NCBI GenBank assembly: GCA_030390025.1
Contig: CM059432.1
Location: 18,354,001-18,418,000, forward strand
DNA from: Squalus acanthias
Lineage: Eukaryota
DNA: 64,000 nucleotides
Direction of reading: 5' to 3'
Shown: in pieces, positions 1 to 13,775 of the stretch
Layout of the letters: every line of letters begins with the position of its first letter
Position numbering within the stretch: position 1 is the first letter of the stretch
Translations under genes and position numbers: made by a program
Notes under the pieces: generated by a model
Told to the model about the DNA's origin: nothing
The model's database searches: none
The model's input: only the letters and a program-made list of their open reading frames with translations

Positions 1-287
1 AGTCTGCCATGTGGAACCTTATCAAAGGCCTTGCTAAAGTCCATGTACACTACATCAAACGCACTACCCTCATCTACCCTCCTTGCTACCTCCTCAAAAA
101 ATTCAATTAAGTTTGTCAGACACGACCTTCCCTTAACAAATTCATGCTGACTATCCTTGATTAATCCGTGTCTTTCTAAATGAAGATTTATCCTGTCCTT
201 CAGAATTCTTTCCAATAATTTTCCCACCACCGAGGTTAGGCTGACTGGCCTATAATTACTCGGTCTATCCTTTTCTCCCTTTTTAAC
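1..287 (-). mobile_element. CR1 LINE ORF2 (RT domain) fragment, runs off the window edge
   Basis: Minus-strand translation KKGEKDRPSNYRPVSLTSVVGKLLE...GRSCLTNLIEFFEEV...DVVYMDFSKAFDKVPH, typical CR1 RT motifs. Confidence 0.9.
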
Positions 288-2309
288 ATAGAGAAATGTC
301 TCAAGGCGTTTCACAGAGGTGTAATCAGGTAAAAATGGGCACCAAACCAAAAGGGCAACATTATGATGGATGAGGTTGGCTTTGAAAGGACAGCGGGCTC
401 AAGGGTACATATTTTGAGGAGGGGGAGATGGTGGCAGTTTTGAAAGGGTGGGACACGGTACCTGAGGAGAGCAAACCGTGTAGAATGTCAGCTAGCATGG
501 AGGCCAGAAGGGAAGTTGGGTGGTCAGCAATTTAGTGTGAATGGGGTCAAGGGAGAAGGAAGTGGGGTAATGGACAAAATGAGCTCAGAGGGGGTTTGAG
601 GAGAGATGGGAGAGAAACTAGAGAGATGCTACCTAACCTGCTGTGTGTTTTCCAGCATTTTCTGTTTTTATTGGCGAGATGACGGTTCAGGGTTGGGGTG
701 GGGGGTTGAGGGGTGCAGTGGTGGGTGGTGGGGATGGGTCTGGGGGGTAGTTTAGTTTTGTGGATAAGGGGTAAGGACAAATGTCTACGCTTAAATGAGT
801 GGGGTAGATTTCATAATAGTGTAGATTGTACATGGCCCAAAGTCTTTGGAAGGTTTGGGCTTGATGGGCCAAATGGCCTTTACTCGTTTCAGACTTTCTT
901 CTGATTTTGATTCACTCCCTGATTCTGTACATGTTGCGCTCACAGTTGGGCTGTGTGAGTTAGCCAGGAGTGGAACTGACGGACTTCTCTACCTGAAGGC
1001 AGGAAAGAATCACAGGGCAAATCTTTCCACTCTGGTCTTTCACACTTTCCAGAGGACACTAGGAAAGCACTGTGCACAGTTACCAGAGAGCAGGTCGCTG
1101 CATTGCAGCTCAGTCAGGCTATATAGTGGTACATGAGAGAGACAGAAAAGAAAAGTATCCCAAGTGAGTGGGCAAAAATTTGGAGACCTGTGTTGCTGAC
1201 GTGAATGAGAAGGGGGGCTTTGAGTTTTAGCCTTCAGTAAATTGTTCTTTGTAAAACAAAAATGATGTTGTTTTGAACTTGGATTTGTGCCTGAATCACT
1301 CTACACAGAAGCCTATTCATTAAACGTTCTCCTTTCAACTCTGTCTCGCACAAAACAATTTATTTTCTCTTAAATTGTGATTTCAGGATCCTTGCCAGAA
1401 AATTAGTTGGAACCCTGAAGGATATTTCTTGCAAACTAAATTTGGTTACGACCAGAGTTCATGAGGTTGCTGCGCTCATGTCATTGCGGAGAAGAGCACA
1501 AGCTCTTTAATATTATATACCACACCTACAGAAACAAATCAGCTGCTATTGGAAAATGCGTGAAATTGCTAGAGTGGGGCATTCTGTTTATTTTGCGTTG
1601 AGACAAAATTGGTTCAGGAAAATTGTTGCACCATATGCACTAAAAAAAATTCAGTGCATACTAATAGTACCTTCCACAAGCAATCTATTCTCCAGATGGG
1701 AGGGTGGAGCTAAGACTGCCCTTTATATTTCATATTAGTCATAGAACCTCTGACGTAAACCATCTGTGGCGACCTTAAGTGTAGTCAATTGTAAAATGCA
1801 TCAACGTGAAAACATGGTCCTTGAAATTGTGCTATGGGAATATTGAAGTACGACAGATTGTTTAAAATAAATGCATTAACACCTCCCTTGCTAGAGTGGA
1901 CAAAAAAAATTCCACAGCGTAGAATTTCTGTGGGGATTCCTGGCTCTCCTGCTGTGATTCCAATGGAAACCCCAGAGAAAAGACTGTTCCCTCTATTCTC
2001 CTGGGTTTTAGCCAGTCTGCAGCTGAAGAAATGGTGGGAGATCAGAAGAACCCCGATGGGAATTCCAGGCACGTGTTAGGGATTTGTAAATTAATATTTG
2101 AACAGTGCAATTTCAACAATTTGCTAATCCCCATCACCTGCTTATCCCCCTTAGGACCCTTCCAGTTCTTAGCAATAAAACTACCACTTGTAACGTTCAA
2201 AGAACTTGGACGGGCGCATTACAATATCCTGGTCTTCTCTACTTTCCTTCCTTGATATTCCACAAATGGCTGCATTCAGTTTTAACATTATCCTCCAATT
2301 TAAAAGTTT

Positions 2310-2595
2310 TAATAGAGTTAAATAAGAAGAAACTGTTTCCAGATGCAGAGGAGTCGGTAACCAGAGGACACAGATTTAAGGTAATTGGAAAAAAGAACTA
2401 GAGGAAAATAATTTTTACACAGCGAATTGTTGTGATCTGGAATGCACTGCCTGAAAGGGTGGTGGAAGCAGATTCAATACTAACTTTCAAAAGGATAAAT
2501 ACTGAAAGTGGAAACATTTACGGTGCTATGGGGAAAGAACAGGGGAGTGGGACTAATTGGATAGTTCTTTCAAAGAGCCGGCACAGGCACAAATT
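2310..2595 (+). mobile_element. CR1 LINE 3' end fragment
   Basis: KKKLFPDAEESVTRGHRFKVIGK C-terminal ORF2 motif and CR1-type 3'UTR. Confidence 0.8.
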
Positions 2596-2611
2596 TGTGA
2601 TTCCATAAGGA

Positions 2612-3407
2612 ATAAGAACATAAGAACATAAGAAATAAGAGCAGGAGTAGGCTATACGGCCCCTCGAGCCTGCTCCGCCATTCAATAGGATCATGGCTGA
2701 TCAACGACCTCAACTCCACTTTCCCGCCCCATCTCCGTATCCCTCGATTCCCCTAGAGTCCAAAAATCTATCTATCTCAGCCTTGAATATACTCAAAGAC
2801 TCAGCATTCACAGCCCTCTGGGGCAGAGAATTCCAAAGATTCACAACCCTCTGAGTGAAGAAATTCCTCCTCATCTCAGTCTTAAATGGCCTACCCCTTA
2901 TCCTGAGACTATGTCCCCTAGTTCTAGACACTCCAGCCAGGGGAAAAAACTCTCAGCATCTACCCTGTCAATCCCCTTCAGAATCTTGTATGTTTCAATG
3001 AGATCATCTCTCATTCTTCTAAACTCCAGAGAGTATAGGCCCATTCTACACAATCTCTCATCATAGGACAGCCCTCTCATCCCAGGAATCAATCTAGTGA
3101 ACCTTTGTTGCACCGCCTCCAAGGCAAGTATATCCTTCCTTAGATAAGGAGACCGAAACTGTGCACAGTACTCCAGGTGTGGTCTCACCAAGGCCCTGTA
3201 CAATTGTAGCAAGACTTCCTTACTCTTATACTCCAACCCCCTTGCAATAAAGGCCAACATGCCATTTGCCTTCCTTATTGCTTGCTGTACCTGCATGTTA
3301 GCTTTCTGTGTTTCTTGCACGAGGACACTCAAATCTCTCTGAACACCAACATTTGAAAGTTTCTCACCATTTAAAAAAATATTCTGTTTTTCTATTCTTC
3401 CTACCAA
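2612..3407 (-). mobile_element. CR1 LINE, 5'-truncated (ORF2 C-terminus and 3' tail)
   Basis: ORFs 2898-3407 (LYRALVRPHLEYCAQF) and 2710-2931 (TRGHSLRIRG...FFTQRVVNLWNSLP); (ATAAGAAC)n tail repeat at about 2612-2640. Confidence 0.92.
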
Positions 3408-3784
3408 AATAGTTTAAGGTAGTGATAAGTGAGGGCAGATAGTTGGATTGTTGGTAATTTTACTAGAAAATCTTCATGTCGTACTTCATAATTTGAGATA
3501 AGATTAACACAATATAAATGATTATAGTTAGTGTAGAAAAAATATTACTCAACTAATTATTTTGAAATGCTGATACAGGGGAGAATGTACAATGTTTAAA
3601 CTTTATTGATGGTTTCAATACTAATGATTCTTTTTTCCAACAGCACAGCTGGGTCCAAGATCTACCACAAAACTATTAGTATTGTATTTTAATACTTCAG
3701 TATTCCAAGCGAGATTTCTGTGAAGAAAATAACTTACTTGTGTGTGTTTCAATTTTCAAAAGCCCAGTCAAGGTCTGCATGAAT

Positions 3785-4528
3785 GGGCCGAAAATTGATC
3801 CCGGGACGCGAGAGTACGCACTGCATACTCTCGCGTATTCCCACTCCAATTGCCGGTTTTCTGCATGCCCTGCGCATGCGCTGAAAACCGGCAATTGCTC
3901 TTCCGAAAAGGGGGCGGGGCCTGGGTGCATCGCGTGCGCGCTACAGGCTGCGCGCACGCTGTGCACTTCATGCTTTGGACGCGCAGGTAAGTAGGGAAGA
4001 TTTTGGAAATGTAAAAAGGAGGAGTAAGACCCGCTTTTAAGAAGGTAAGTAGTGAATTAAGTATTTTTTTGAATTTTTTTTTACAGGTATATCTTTTTTA
4101 TAGACTTTAAAGACAGGTAAGTTTATTTTTATAACTTTTTAAAAGATTTTAAATTTTTTCAAAAATTTAATTTTTTATTTAAAATGGTTAATTTAATTAA
4201 CTATACTTATTTTATTAATGTGATGGTTTTTTTTTTAAATTTAATTGAGGTTTAGCTGTTATTTTGGGGGGGTGTAAGATTCATAAGTCTCACAGCCATG
4301 CTGTGAGACTTATGAATGGAAGATGGTGTGCTGCCATTGGCTCTAACTGAGTCACGTGATCCCACAGCTCGCACGAATTAACTACGCCGCTGGGATACGC
4401 AAGCCCAGCACAGCAGCTGTCTGGAACATCAAGTTCGTGCGAGCTGGATCAGAAAAAGCATAAGCGAGGTGAGACATCGCGGGGAAGGCTTACCCCCGCG
4501 GGAACAGAGCGAGATCAATTTCTGGGCC
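3785..4528. mobile_element. PIF/Harbinger-type MITE, subfamily A
   Basis: Imperfect TIRs GGGCCGAAAATTGATC / GATCAATTTCTGGGCC; 3-bp TSD AAT on both sides; homologous copy in opposite orientation at 27858-28619. Confidence 0.8.
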
Positions 4529-5125
4529 AATATATTACTGGTAGCATGACCCGGCAGATAAGAAGCTCCAAACGTAGAGCTGGGGTGGGGCTAAAGTATC
4601 TTTCTGACTGATTTTAATCCTCATTTGTGATTTCGCCAGCAAAAAGTCAGATTCGGAATTCTGATCATCAAGATCTCAACCACTTTCAAGTTAAGAGCTT
4701 AATGTCAGTTTTACCAATCCTTTTCAGATACCACAGCAAGTATTTACTAAACTTGTCACTTCCTCACACAAAAGACTGCCAACAAGGACCAAACAGTTCC
4801 TGTTTTGTCATAGACACTTTATTATTAAATAAGGCAATCACATCCAAACTCATCAGGGAGTTAATTATTCATGAGAGTGATTAATGGCACAAGAATACTT
4901 CTCGAAGAAAGAACCAAGTCAAATCAATAGGTATCCCCATGAGTTTATATGGGAGAATGTCGAAAAAATCTTGTTGAAATGGTCCTAATTTGTAGTAAGT
5001 CTAACAAAATAGAAAGAGCTCCCTCAACAGATTGTGGATGTGCCCCAAACATAATTCCTTTTGTTCAGGGTAATTGCTATGATTCATTGTGCTAGAGACC
5101 TTCAAATCAAATAAAAACGCTTATA

Positions 5126-5242
5126 CAAAAGCAAAATACTGCGGATGCTGGAAATATAAAATAAAAACAGAAAATGCTGGAAACACTCAGCAGGTCAGGC
5201 AGCATCTGTGGAGAGAGGAACGCTTCAGGTCGTCAGAACTTG
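5126..5242 (-). mobile_element. Penelope-like element terminal-repeat fragment
   Basis: Matches the 3' segment of the Penelope-like copies at 48100-48210 and 51190-51297. Confidence 0.7.
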
Positions 5243-5503
5243 AGCATATATCGCTGTTCCTTCATCGTCACTAGGTCAAACTCCTGGGAGCAGTTCCTTT
5301 TAGACCCATCAGTGATCTGCATGGAATATTTTCGAGACATTTACAAAAGATTCATTTTATTAGGCAGGAAGATCACACTATAATCCCTACCTGTATTGAT
5401 CTCACAGAGTTGAATCTTAAACCGCACTCACACAAATTTGGTCTTCTGAGATCCTGAGGTAAAATACTAACTTGCCCTAGCAATAAAAACAGATAAAAAT
5501 ATG

Positions 5504-6225
5504 GGCCCGTATTTTCCGATCCCTACGGGTGTGTACGAGCTGTGTACACACCCGTAGGGGCCTCGCAAGTGCCGGTTTCAGGCATGCGAAGCGCATGCGC
5601 TGAAAACCGGCACTTCCGATCTGTCAAGAATCCTCTTGACAGATCGCACGCCTGCCCTGGAGAAGGGCCTCTGTGGGCCGAGAGTTCCGCTTTCTGCAGA
5701 ACCTCCGCCCACTGAAAACCTTTAAAAATCTTACGCCTGCGTTTAAGTTTAAAAAAGTAAAAAAAATGCTTTTTTCACTCATTTATAATTAAAATTCCTT
5801 TTAAAAAAGGTACGTTTATTTTTAGCCGTGTATAAAACTGTAATTTTTTTTCAAAAAATTACATTTTTCTTTAAAATATTTAATTTAATGTACTTTTAAC
5901 TAATTTTAAAAACGTGATTTAAATTTTTTTTTTAATGTTTTGATGTGTTTTTCGAGTGATCTCCATTCATACTTTTGACGGGTCTAAGCTGTCAAATATA
6001 TGAAGGGAGATTCCCTTCTCCCATTGGTTCCCCATGTCCCACGTGATCCCAGGGACGCTTGCGAACCACCTGCGCCCCTGGGATACCTGGGCCCTGCGCA
6101 GTTCGTAGAGCAGAGGCCTAGGAGTGGAAATGGGTGGACCTCTGAAGCCCTCAGGTAAGGGCGTAGATTTTTTCCAGATCGGAGGCCTCCGCGTGCAGGA
6201 AGTCTCCAATCGGAAAATACGGGCC
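5504..6225. mobile_element. PIF/Harbinger-type MITE, subfamily B
   Basis: TIRs GGCCCGTATTTTCCGAT / ATCGGAAAATACGGGCC; TSD ATG on both sides; second copy at 41764-42520. Confidence 0.85.
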
Positions 6226-6361
6226 ATGATTTTACAGCAAGTCAGTCAGCATCTGAAAAAGGAAAAACACATTGGTAAATGTTTCAGCTGGGCCATTTTA
6301 TCTTTTATCTTTCAGATGCCAACCCACCTGCTGGGCATTACCAGAATTTCTGGTTTCAGAT

Positions 6362-9000
6362 TTTTTTAAATTCATTCTTAGGATGTGGGCATAGCTGGCA
6401 AGAGGCCGGCATTTACTGTCCATCCCTGGTCACCCTGAGAAGGTGATGGTGGGCCTTCTTCTTGAACCACTGCAGTGAATGTGCTCCCAGGATTTTGAAC
6501 CAGTGACAATAAAGGAACGACGATATATTTCCAAGTCAGGAAGGTGTGTGACTAGGAGGTAATGGTGTTCCCACGCACCAGCGACCCTAATTCTTCTAGG
6601 TGGTGGAGGTTGCGGGTTTGGAAGGTGCTGCCAAAGAAGCCGTGGGGAGTTGCTGCAGTGTATCTTACATATGGATACAAACATACGAACAATGGCGGAC
6701 AGGAAAAGACCCTCTGGTCCATCCAGCCTGTCCCACACAATTGTGATACCTTGTGTATCACAATATATACACTCTCCACCCCACCCGAAACCATGTGATC
6801 TCCTGGGAGAGGCGAAAAGCCAGATAAAAACCCAGGCTAATTTGGGGAATGAAATCTGGAAAATTGCTCTCCAACCGCCCCAAGGCAATTGAAACTAGTC
6901 CAGGAGGTCACTCTGGCCCTGATAATTCCTTGCAGTACCTACTTTTACTAAGAGGTAATCTCCGCCCAAGCCATAAACAGGTCCAGTTCTTGTTTGAAGG
7001 AATTCAGTGAATTGCCGTCCATCGCACGAGTCGGCAGCTTGTTCCAGAGGTCCACTATTCTCTGGGAAAAGAACCACCTCCTGACATCTAACCTAGATCT
7101 GGCCTTATACAACTTAAAATTGTGACCCCTGGTCCTCCCTAACCTATTTAATTGGAACAAATTGTCAACTCGAACGCAATCTATTCCCTTCATCATCTTA
7201 TAAACCTCAATCAGATCACTCCATAGTTTACAATTCTCTAAAGTGTAGAGTCCCATCTCTTTTAGCCTATCTTGATAACTAAGATGCATTAAACTGGGAA
7301 TGAGTCTAGTGACCCTCCTCTGCACCCTTTCCAAAGCCTCAATATCACCCACCATGTGAGGAGACCAAAACTGGACACAGTATTCCAACTGAAGCCTGAC
7401 CAAGGTCTGTACAAGGACAAAATAGTATGCTTTGTCTTATAGTCAAATGTCCTATAAATGCAGCCTTATTCACTGTAGCTGTCGCTTCACTGCATTGCTC
7501 ATGAACCTTTAGAGATCTATGCACTAGAATGCCCAGATCTCTTTCTTTCTCCACCTCCTTTAATGCTTTTCCCTGAAGGGTGTATGAATGTTCAGCATTC
7601 AGCCTTCCCACATGCATAGCACTACACTTTTCCAAGATAACCATCATTTGCCAGTCATGAGCCCAATCCCCCAACACATCAACATCCGCCAGAAGCAGTC
7701 AAGCATCATCTACAGTCCTGACACTCGCACAGATCTTTGTATCTTCTGAAAATGTGCAGAACGTGCCCCCAACATCTACATCTAGATCATTAATAATAAT
7801 AGTAAAGAGCAACCACTGGTGACCAGTCTCCAAACAGATCCAAATCCATCTATAACTACTTTCTGCCTACGTCCTCCCAGTCAAATCTCAATCCAGCTCA
7901 ATGTGCTACCACTAATACCAGAGGCTTTGATCTTGTAGAGAAGCCTTTTGTGCGGTACCTTGTCAAAAGCTTTTTGGAAGTCTAAGTAGACAATGTCTAC
8001 AGGGCTTCCCTCATCCACCATCTTGGTGACTTCTTCAAAAAATAGATTCAAATTTGTAAACCATGACCTCCTCTTTTGAAGCCATGTTGGGTGTCCCTCT
8101 TGTAAATAGTACATGTTGCAGCCACGGTACGCTGGTGGGGGAGGGAGAGGTTGGAGGTTGTGGATGATCAAGTGAATTGGTTTGTTCTGGATAGTGTCGA
8201 ACTTCTTGAGTGTTGTTGGAGCTGCATTCATCCAGCCAGCTGGAGAGTAGTCCATCAAACTCCTGACTGGTGTCTTGTAGGCGGTGGAGAGGCTTTGAAG
8301 AGTCAGGAGGTGAGCCATTCATTGCAGCATACCCAGCCTCTGACCTGCTCCAATAGCCACAGCATTTATGTAGCTGGTCCAGTTGAATTTCTGGTCAATG
8401 TTGACCCCCAGAATGTTGATAGTTGGTGATGGTAATGGAATGTCAAGGGGAGGTGGTTTGGCTCTCTCTTGTTGGAGATGGTCATTGTCGGGCACTTGTG
8501 TGGCATGAATATTACTTCCCATTTATCAGTCCAAGCCTGAATATTGTCCAGGTCTTGGTGCATGCGTGCATAGACTGCTCCATTATCTGAGAAATTGAAA
8601 ATAGAACTGAACTCTGTGCAATCATCAGCAAACAACCCCACTTCTGACCTTATGACAAGGGAAGGTCATTGATGAAGCAGCTGAAGAACAGTGGACCTAG
8701 GATGCTGCGTGAGGAAATTTGCAGCACTAGCCTGGCAGTGAGGTGATTGGCCTCCAACAACCACAACCATCTTCCTTTGTGCTCGGAATGACTCCAGCCA
8801 TCGGAGAGTTTTCCCCCTGATCCCCAGAGACTTCAGTTTTACGAAGGTTCCTTGGTGCCACTCTCGGTCGAATGCTACCTCGATGTCAAGGGCAGCCACT
8901 CTCATCTCCCCTCTGGAATTGAGCTCTGGTGTCCATGTTTGGACCAAGGCTGCAATGAGATCTGGAGCCGAACTGACCCGGTGACCTTCCAAGAAACCTA
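6362..9000 (-). mobile_element. RTEX-like LINE 3' portion, split by a CR1 insertion at about 6678-8097
   Basis: ALDIEVAFDREWHQG and LFADDCT RT motifs, MNAAPTTLKKFDTIQ, and a 3' tail shared with 34345-34977 and 57175-57660; sequence resumes collinearly after the CR1. Confidence 0.75.
6678..8097 (-). mobile_element. CR1-clade LINE nested in the RTEX-like LINE
   Basis: VDIVYLDFQKAFDKVPHKRLL, LEYCVQFWSPH and TRGHNFKL...FFSQRIVDLWNKLP in minus-strand ORFs. Confidence 0.88.
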
Positions 9001-9703
9001 AGTGAAGTGCCAAAACCCATATTCAGGGCACAACCCAGATCAAAAAGAGTCGGAGAGAAGAGCAGATAAATGAATAAATACTAATTAGGTGATACTGGCC
9101 TTGGGTTTAAAGATCTCTAATTTGTGGGGAGCAGGGAAAACTGAGCTCCACACTTTTGAATTCCTGGGAAAGAATACATTAGATTAGATGATGTGGAGAG
9201 AGAAACATTAATCTTAAATCTTTGTTTTAACCATACATAACTGCTCAGACAAATAGATTACTATGGCACATTGCTAATCCTCATGACTAAACCTGAGGTA
9301 GCTCGCGTGCTGTTGTAATCCACCCATTTCAATGAGTGTGATACAACAGAGATGCTTTTGAGATACTGCGTCTGGCAAGCACTGTTCAGTCCCTGCAGAA
9401 TCCTCTTCTTTCCTGATGTCTTAATCCAGCTCAGAAAGATGAAAGACTGTTTGAGCACTGCTGGGATTTAAACCAAGGCATTCTGGCACCGAGTTAGATT
9501 TTCAACATTATTCTTCATATCTGAGCTAGACATTGTAATGGCAGCCTACATCATTTCACTGGGCCAAACATGATCCTGTCCTCACTCAACACCCACTCAC
9601 CAGATAGCAATTAGCAGCAGGAACCTTGGGTGGTTTACACCAGCTCAGCCCAAGGTCATGGAGGTCAACTGTGATGCCCTGGCCAAGATAATCTAACTCA
9701 CAC

Positions 9704-10052
9704 AGGGTACAGGAGTGCAGTGGTTATGGTCCTGGACTACTAACCCAGAGATTGTGAGTTAAATCCCACGTGGCAGGTTGTGAAAATTAATTTATTAAAT
9801 GCTTTAATATGTGCACTGGCAGCAAACAAAAAAATGGCCACAAAAGCCAGATTGCCATAAAAATCCAAATGGTTCACTAATGTCCACCCGTATCTAGTCT
9901 GGCCTACATAGTCTCACTATGTGGTTGGCTTTTAATGCTTTCTGAAGTGTCCTAATAACCACTTAGTTATAAAAGCTATCATTACGTACCATCACCACAA
10001 GGATTGCAGTGATTCAAGAAAAAGGCTCAACATCATCCCTTCTCAAGGCAAC
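9704..10052 (+). mobile_element. Degenerate tRNA-headed SINE with RTEX-like tail
   Basis: Similar in reverse complement to 19772-20191; tRNA-like head followed by the RTEX-like 3' end. Confidence 0.6.
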
Positions 10053-10057
10053 TAAAG

Positions 10058-10590
10058 AAAGAAAGAACTTGTATTTGTACAGCTCCTTTCACGACCTCAG
10101 GGTGTCCCAAAGCGTTTTAAAGCCAATGAAGGACTTTTGAAGTGTATTCATAGGGAAATGCAGCAGCCAATTTGCGCACTGCAAGGTCCCAGAAACAGCA
10201 ATGAAGAGGCTCCATGAGCAGCCCCACCCTCAATGATGGCGGAGCCCAGCATGTGAGTGCACAAGATAAGGCTGAAGCATTGGCAATCGTCTTCAGCCAG
10301 AAGTGCCGAGTGGATGATCCTTCTTGGCCTCCTCCAGATGTTTCCACCATCAAAGACGCCAGTCTTCAGCTAATTCGATTCACTCCACGTGACATCAAGA
10401 TATTCTGTTTTTAGAGATATTGGTTGGTGGACACCAGGGAGAACTTCTCAGCTTTACTTCGAGTAGTGCCATGGGACCTTTTATGTCCACCTTAGAGGGC
10501 AGATGGGGCTTCAGTTAAATATCTCATTGGAAAGATGCAGTGCAGCACTTTCTCAGTCAGCCTAGATTAAGTGCTCAAGTGTTTGGAGTC
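10058..10590 (-). mobile_element. SacSINE1-like DeuSINE interrupted by an RTEX-like internal fragment (about 10205-10400, + strand)
   Basis: SINE body matches other copies on both sides; the insert matches the reverse complement of 59010-59205. Confidence 0.75.
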
Positions 10591-10794
10591 GTAACAACAA
10601 CTTGGGCAGTTTCATGCAGACTTACTGTGAAGTCCCAGGTTACATAATATACAGGGTTGGCTGATACAATTTGCAACTTTCTTCCTCTCACCTTCACCTG
10701 GATTTTAATCAGGAGCATATTTAAAAGTCCTGTGCTCTGCTGATAGGGATGTCAATGAGAAACAGTTGGAGACTGTAAAATCGAAGACAGCATG

Positions 10795-11830
10795 TAGAAT
10801 CATAGAATCATAGAATGGTTACAGCACAGAAGGAGGCCATTCGGCCCATTGAGCCCGTGCTGGCTCTCTGCAAGAGCACTTCAGCTAGTCCCACTCCCCC
10901 TGCCCTTTCCCCGTAGCCCTGCAAATTGTTTTCCTTCAGGTACTTATCCAATTCCCTTTTGAAAGCCACGATTGAGTCTGCCTCCTCCACCCTTTCAGGC
11001 AGTGCATTCCAGATCCTAACCACTCGCTGCGCAAAAAAGTTTTTCCTCATGTCGCCTTTGGTTCTTTTGCCAATCACCTTAAATCTGTGTCCTCTGGTTC
11101 TCGACCCTTCCGCCAAAAGGAACAGTTTCTCTCTATCTACTCTGTCTAGACCCCTCATGATTTTGAATACCTCTAGCAAATCTCCTCTCAATCTTCTCTG
11201 CTCTAAGGAGAACAACCCCAGCTTCTCTAGTCTATCCACGTAACTGAAGTCCCTCATCCCTGGAACCATTCTTGTAAATCTTTTCTGCACCTTCTCTAAG
11301 GCCTTCACATCCTTCCTAAAGTGCGGTGCCCAGAATTGGACACAATACTCCAGTTGAGGCCGAACTAGTGTTTTATAAAGGTTCATCATAACTTCCTTGC
11401 TTTTGTACTCTATGCCTCAGTTATGAAACCCAGGATCCTGTATGCTTTTTTAATCGCTTTCTCAACCTGCCCTGCCACCTTCAACGATTTGTGCACATAT
11501 ACCCCCAGGTCTCTCTGTTTATGTACCCTTTAGTTTATATTGCCTCTCCTCGTTCTACCTACCAAAATGTATCACTTTGCACTTTTCTGCATTAAATTTC
11601 ATCTGCCACTTCTCCACCCATTTCACCAGCCTGTCTATGTCTTCTTGAAGTCTATCACTATCCTCCTCACTGTTCACTATACTTCCAAGTTTTGTGTCAT
11701 CTAAAAATTTTGAAGTTGTGCCCTGTACTCCATAATTTGTGTAATCTCTCCTCGTAATTTAACCCTTGGAGTCCAGGTATCATTCTGGTAAACCTACGCT
11801 GCACTCCATATAGATGTATAAATGTAGACA
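10795..11830 (-). mobile_element. CR1 LINE, 5'-truncated
   Basis: 193-aa ORF 10808-11389 (LYKTLVRPQLEYCVQFWAPH...RVVRIWNALP); (ATAGAATC)n tail. Confidence 0.92.
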
Positions 11831-11945
11831 AAAATTTACAGAAATATACTGGGATGGGAAACAAGTATGACCTTGCCAGCATTGAGAACAAATTTAAAAA
11901 AGCTCAGCACAGACTGGAAATTGAAATTGGCTAAAGAATGAAGAA

Positions 11946-12408
11946 CGAAAGACTTGCATTTATATCGCGCCTTTCACAACCTCAGGACGTCCCAAAGTGC
12001 TTTACAGCCAATGAAGTACTTTTGAAGCATAGTCAGTGTTGTAATGTAGGAAATACAGCAGCCAATTTGGCACAGCAAGTTCTCACAAACAGCAATGTGA
12101 TAATGACCAGATAATCTGTTTTAGTGATGTTGACTGAGGGATAAATATTGGTCAGGACACCGGGGAGAACTCCCCTGCTCTTCTTCGAAATAGTGCCATG
12201 GGATCTTTTACATCCACCTGAGAGAGCAGACGGGGCTTCGGTTTAACATCTCATCTGAAAGACGGCACCTCTGACAGTGCGGCACTCCCTCAGCTCTGCA
12301 CTGGAGTGTCAGCCTAGATGTTTGTGCTTAAGTCTATGGAGTGAGACTTGAAACTCATAACCTTATGACATCAGAGGTGAGAGTGCGACCAACTGAGCCA
12401 CGGCTGAC
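11946..12408 (-). mobile_element. SacSINE1-like DeuSINE (tRNA head, Deu domain, L2-type tail), near full length
   Basis: Deu-domain-like core (TAAAAGATCCCATGGCACTATTTCGAAGAAGAGCAGGGGAGTTCTCCCCGGTGTCCTG on the minus strand); more than 10 related copies in the window. Confidence 0.85.
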
Positions 12409-12586
12409 AAGCTCAACGCTGCTGCTGCATTTTTATACACGTTTAGTGCGTCTTATTTACCTTCTGAAATTCCATTCAATTTTAAAAATCCAGCAGGGTT
12501 TATACATGGAGGATTGCTGTAGCTTCTTCTATATTGATCTTTGACCCCTGGATTGTGCCGCTCTGGTCTCCAGCAGGCGATGGTTA

Positions 12587-13775
12587 GGGTTACCAATTCT
12601 GGCTGAACATGTTCCTGGAGGTTTCATCACATGACCTCCCGCCCCCATGCTCCCGTCATTGGTCGCCTGACATGTCAATCCTCCTGGCACCCCGCCTTTC
12701 TGTGGAAACAGAGGGCTGGATTTTACTTACCGAGACGAGTTGGGGGCGGGACTGCTGCCTTCCGGGTTCTAGTCCCGCCCCCAGCGACGTCCGATGCACA
12801 GACGCTATTTTCCCCTGATTGGCCTTGTTAAGCCCACCCTGCGGGCTTGCTGGCCAATTAAGGAAAAGCCGGTGTCAGATGACGTCAGTTGATGACGCTT
12901 CATCTGCCGGTTTTCTTAAAGCGACATGAACCATCTATTTTTGACAGATGATTTGACAGTGTTTGACAGCATTGAGGTACTGTCAAACACTGACAATCAC
13001 TGTACAAAGGTGAGCCCTTGCACCCAGACTCTCCAATGACTCTCTCCTTAGGATAATACAGATGGCAGCTACAGGTGAGGGTACAGAAGGGATCTGTCAC
13101 TTCTCCCAATGAGGTGAGCCCACACAAACACTTCAAAGCTTGTCACCTACAGAAAAATCTAAACACATTAAAAATGACTTTCCCAACATTTCCTCACCTC
13201 TGCAACTCACCAGTGTCCCATAGCATCCTTCACACCACTCCTGCAGCTGTCATCTATACACAAACATTAAAACAGACCCACAGCACGCCTCAATTACCCT
13301 GACGGGGATTCTCCGACATCGGGAAGCCCGCAGCAGAAGTCTCAAAATGCGAAAAAGCCTCTTAACTGCCTGTTAACTACCTGTTAACAGGCAGTTAAGT
13401 GGCTATAATCCTCTTCCCGCCGCTAGGAGTCGGGTCCCTGCGCAAATCAGGGGACCCGACTCCTGGGAAGATTGATCGGGACCCGCTCCCATTCTTCTTG
13501 ATTTTTCCGGCAGTCCCGCCTCCAAACCCGCCTCCTCAGGGCTCGAAAAATCCAGCCCAGACTCTTTGTTACCCGATTGAATGACTGTCAGTAAAACAGC
13601 TTTTTATCCCATGTCCAAATATTTTTATAACCAATAAATAAAAGTGTTAAAACATTTTAAAAAAAAAACAATATTTTTTGATGCCCTTATGATTTTACTC
13701 CTGGGTTGTTTGCAGCAGTATCCTGGAGATGAACCTTTAATTCCTAGAGACTCCAGGACAGTCCTGGAGAGCTGC
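12587..13775. mobile_element. Old non-autonomous DNA transposon (AGGGTTRCCAA-type terminus) hosting a MITE
   Basis: AGGGTTACCAA terminus at 12587; a related end segment in opposite orientation at about 14180-14250; right boundary uncertain. Confidence 0.4.
12713..13558. mobile_element. PIF/Harbinger-type MITE, subfamily C
   Basis: Perfect 12-bp TIR GGGCTGGATTTT / AAAATCCAGCCC; TSD AGA; homologous inverted copy at 54708-55631. Confidence 0.85.

Noticed and set aside
1155..1190. Donor-like CAA|GTGAGT after a TATA-like motif
   Set aside because: AAGTGAGTGGGCAAAAATTTGG matches CR1 sequence (compare 55662-55684).
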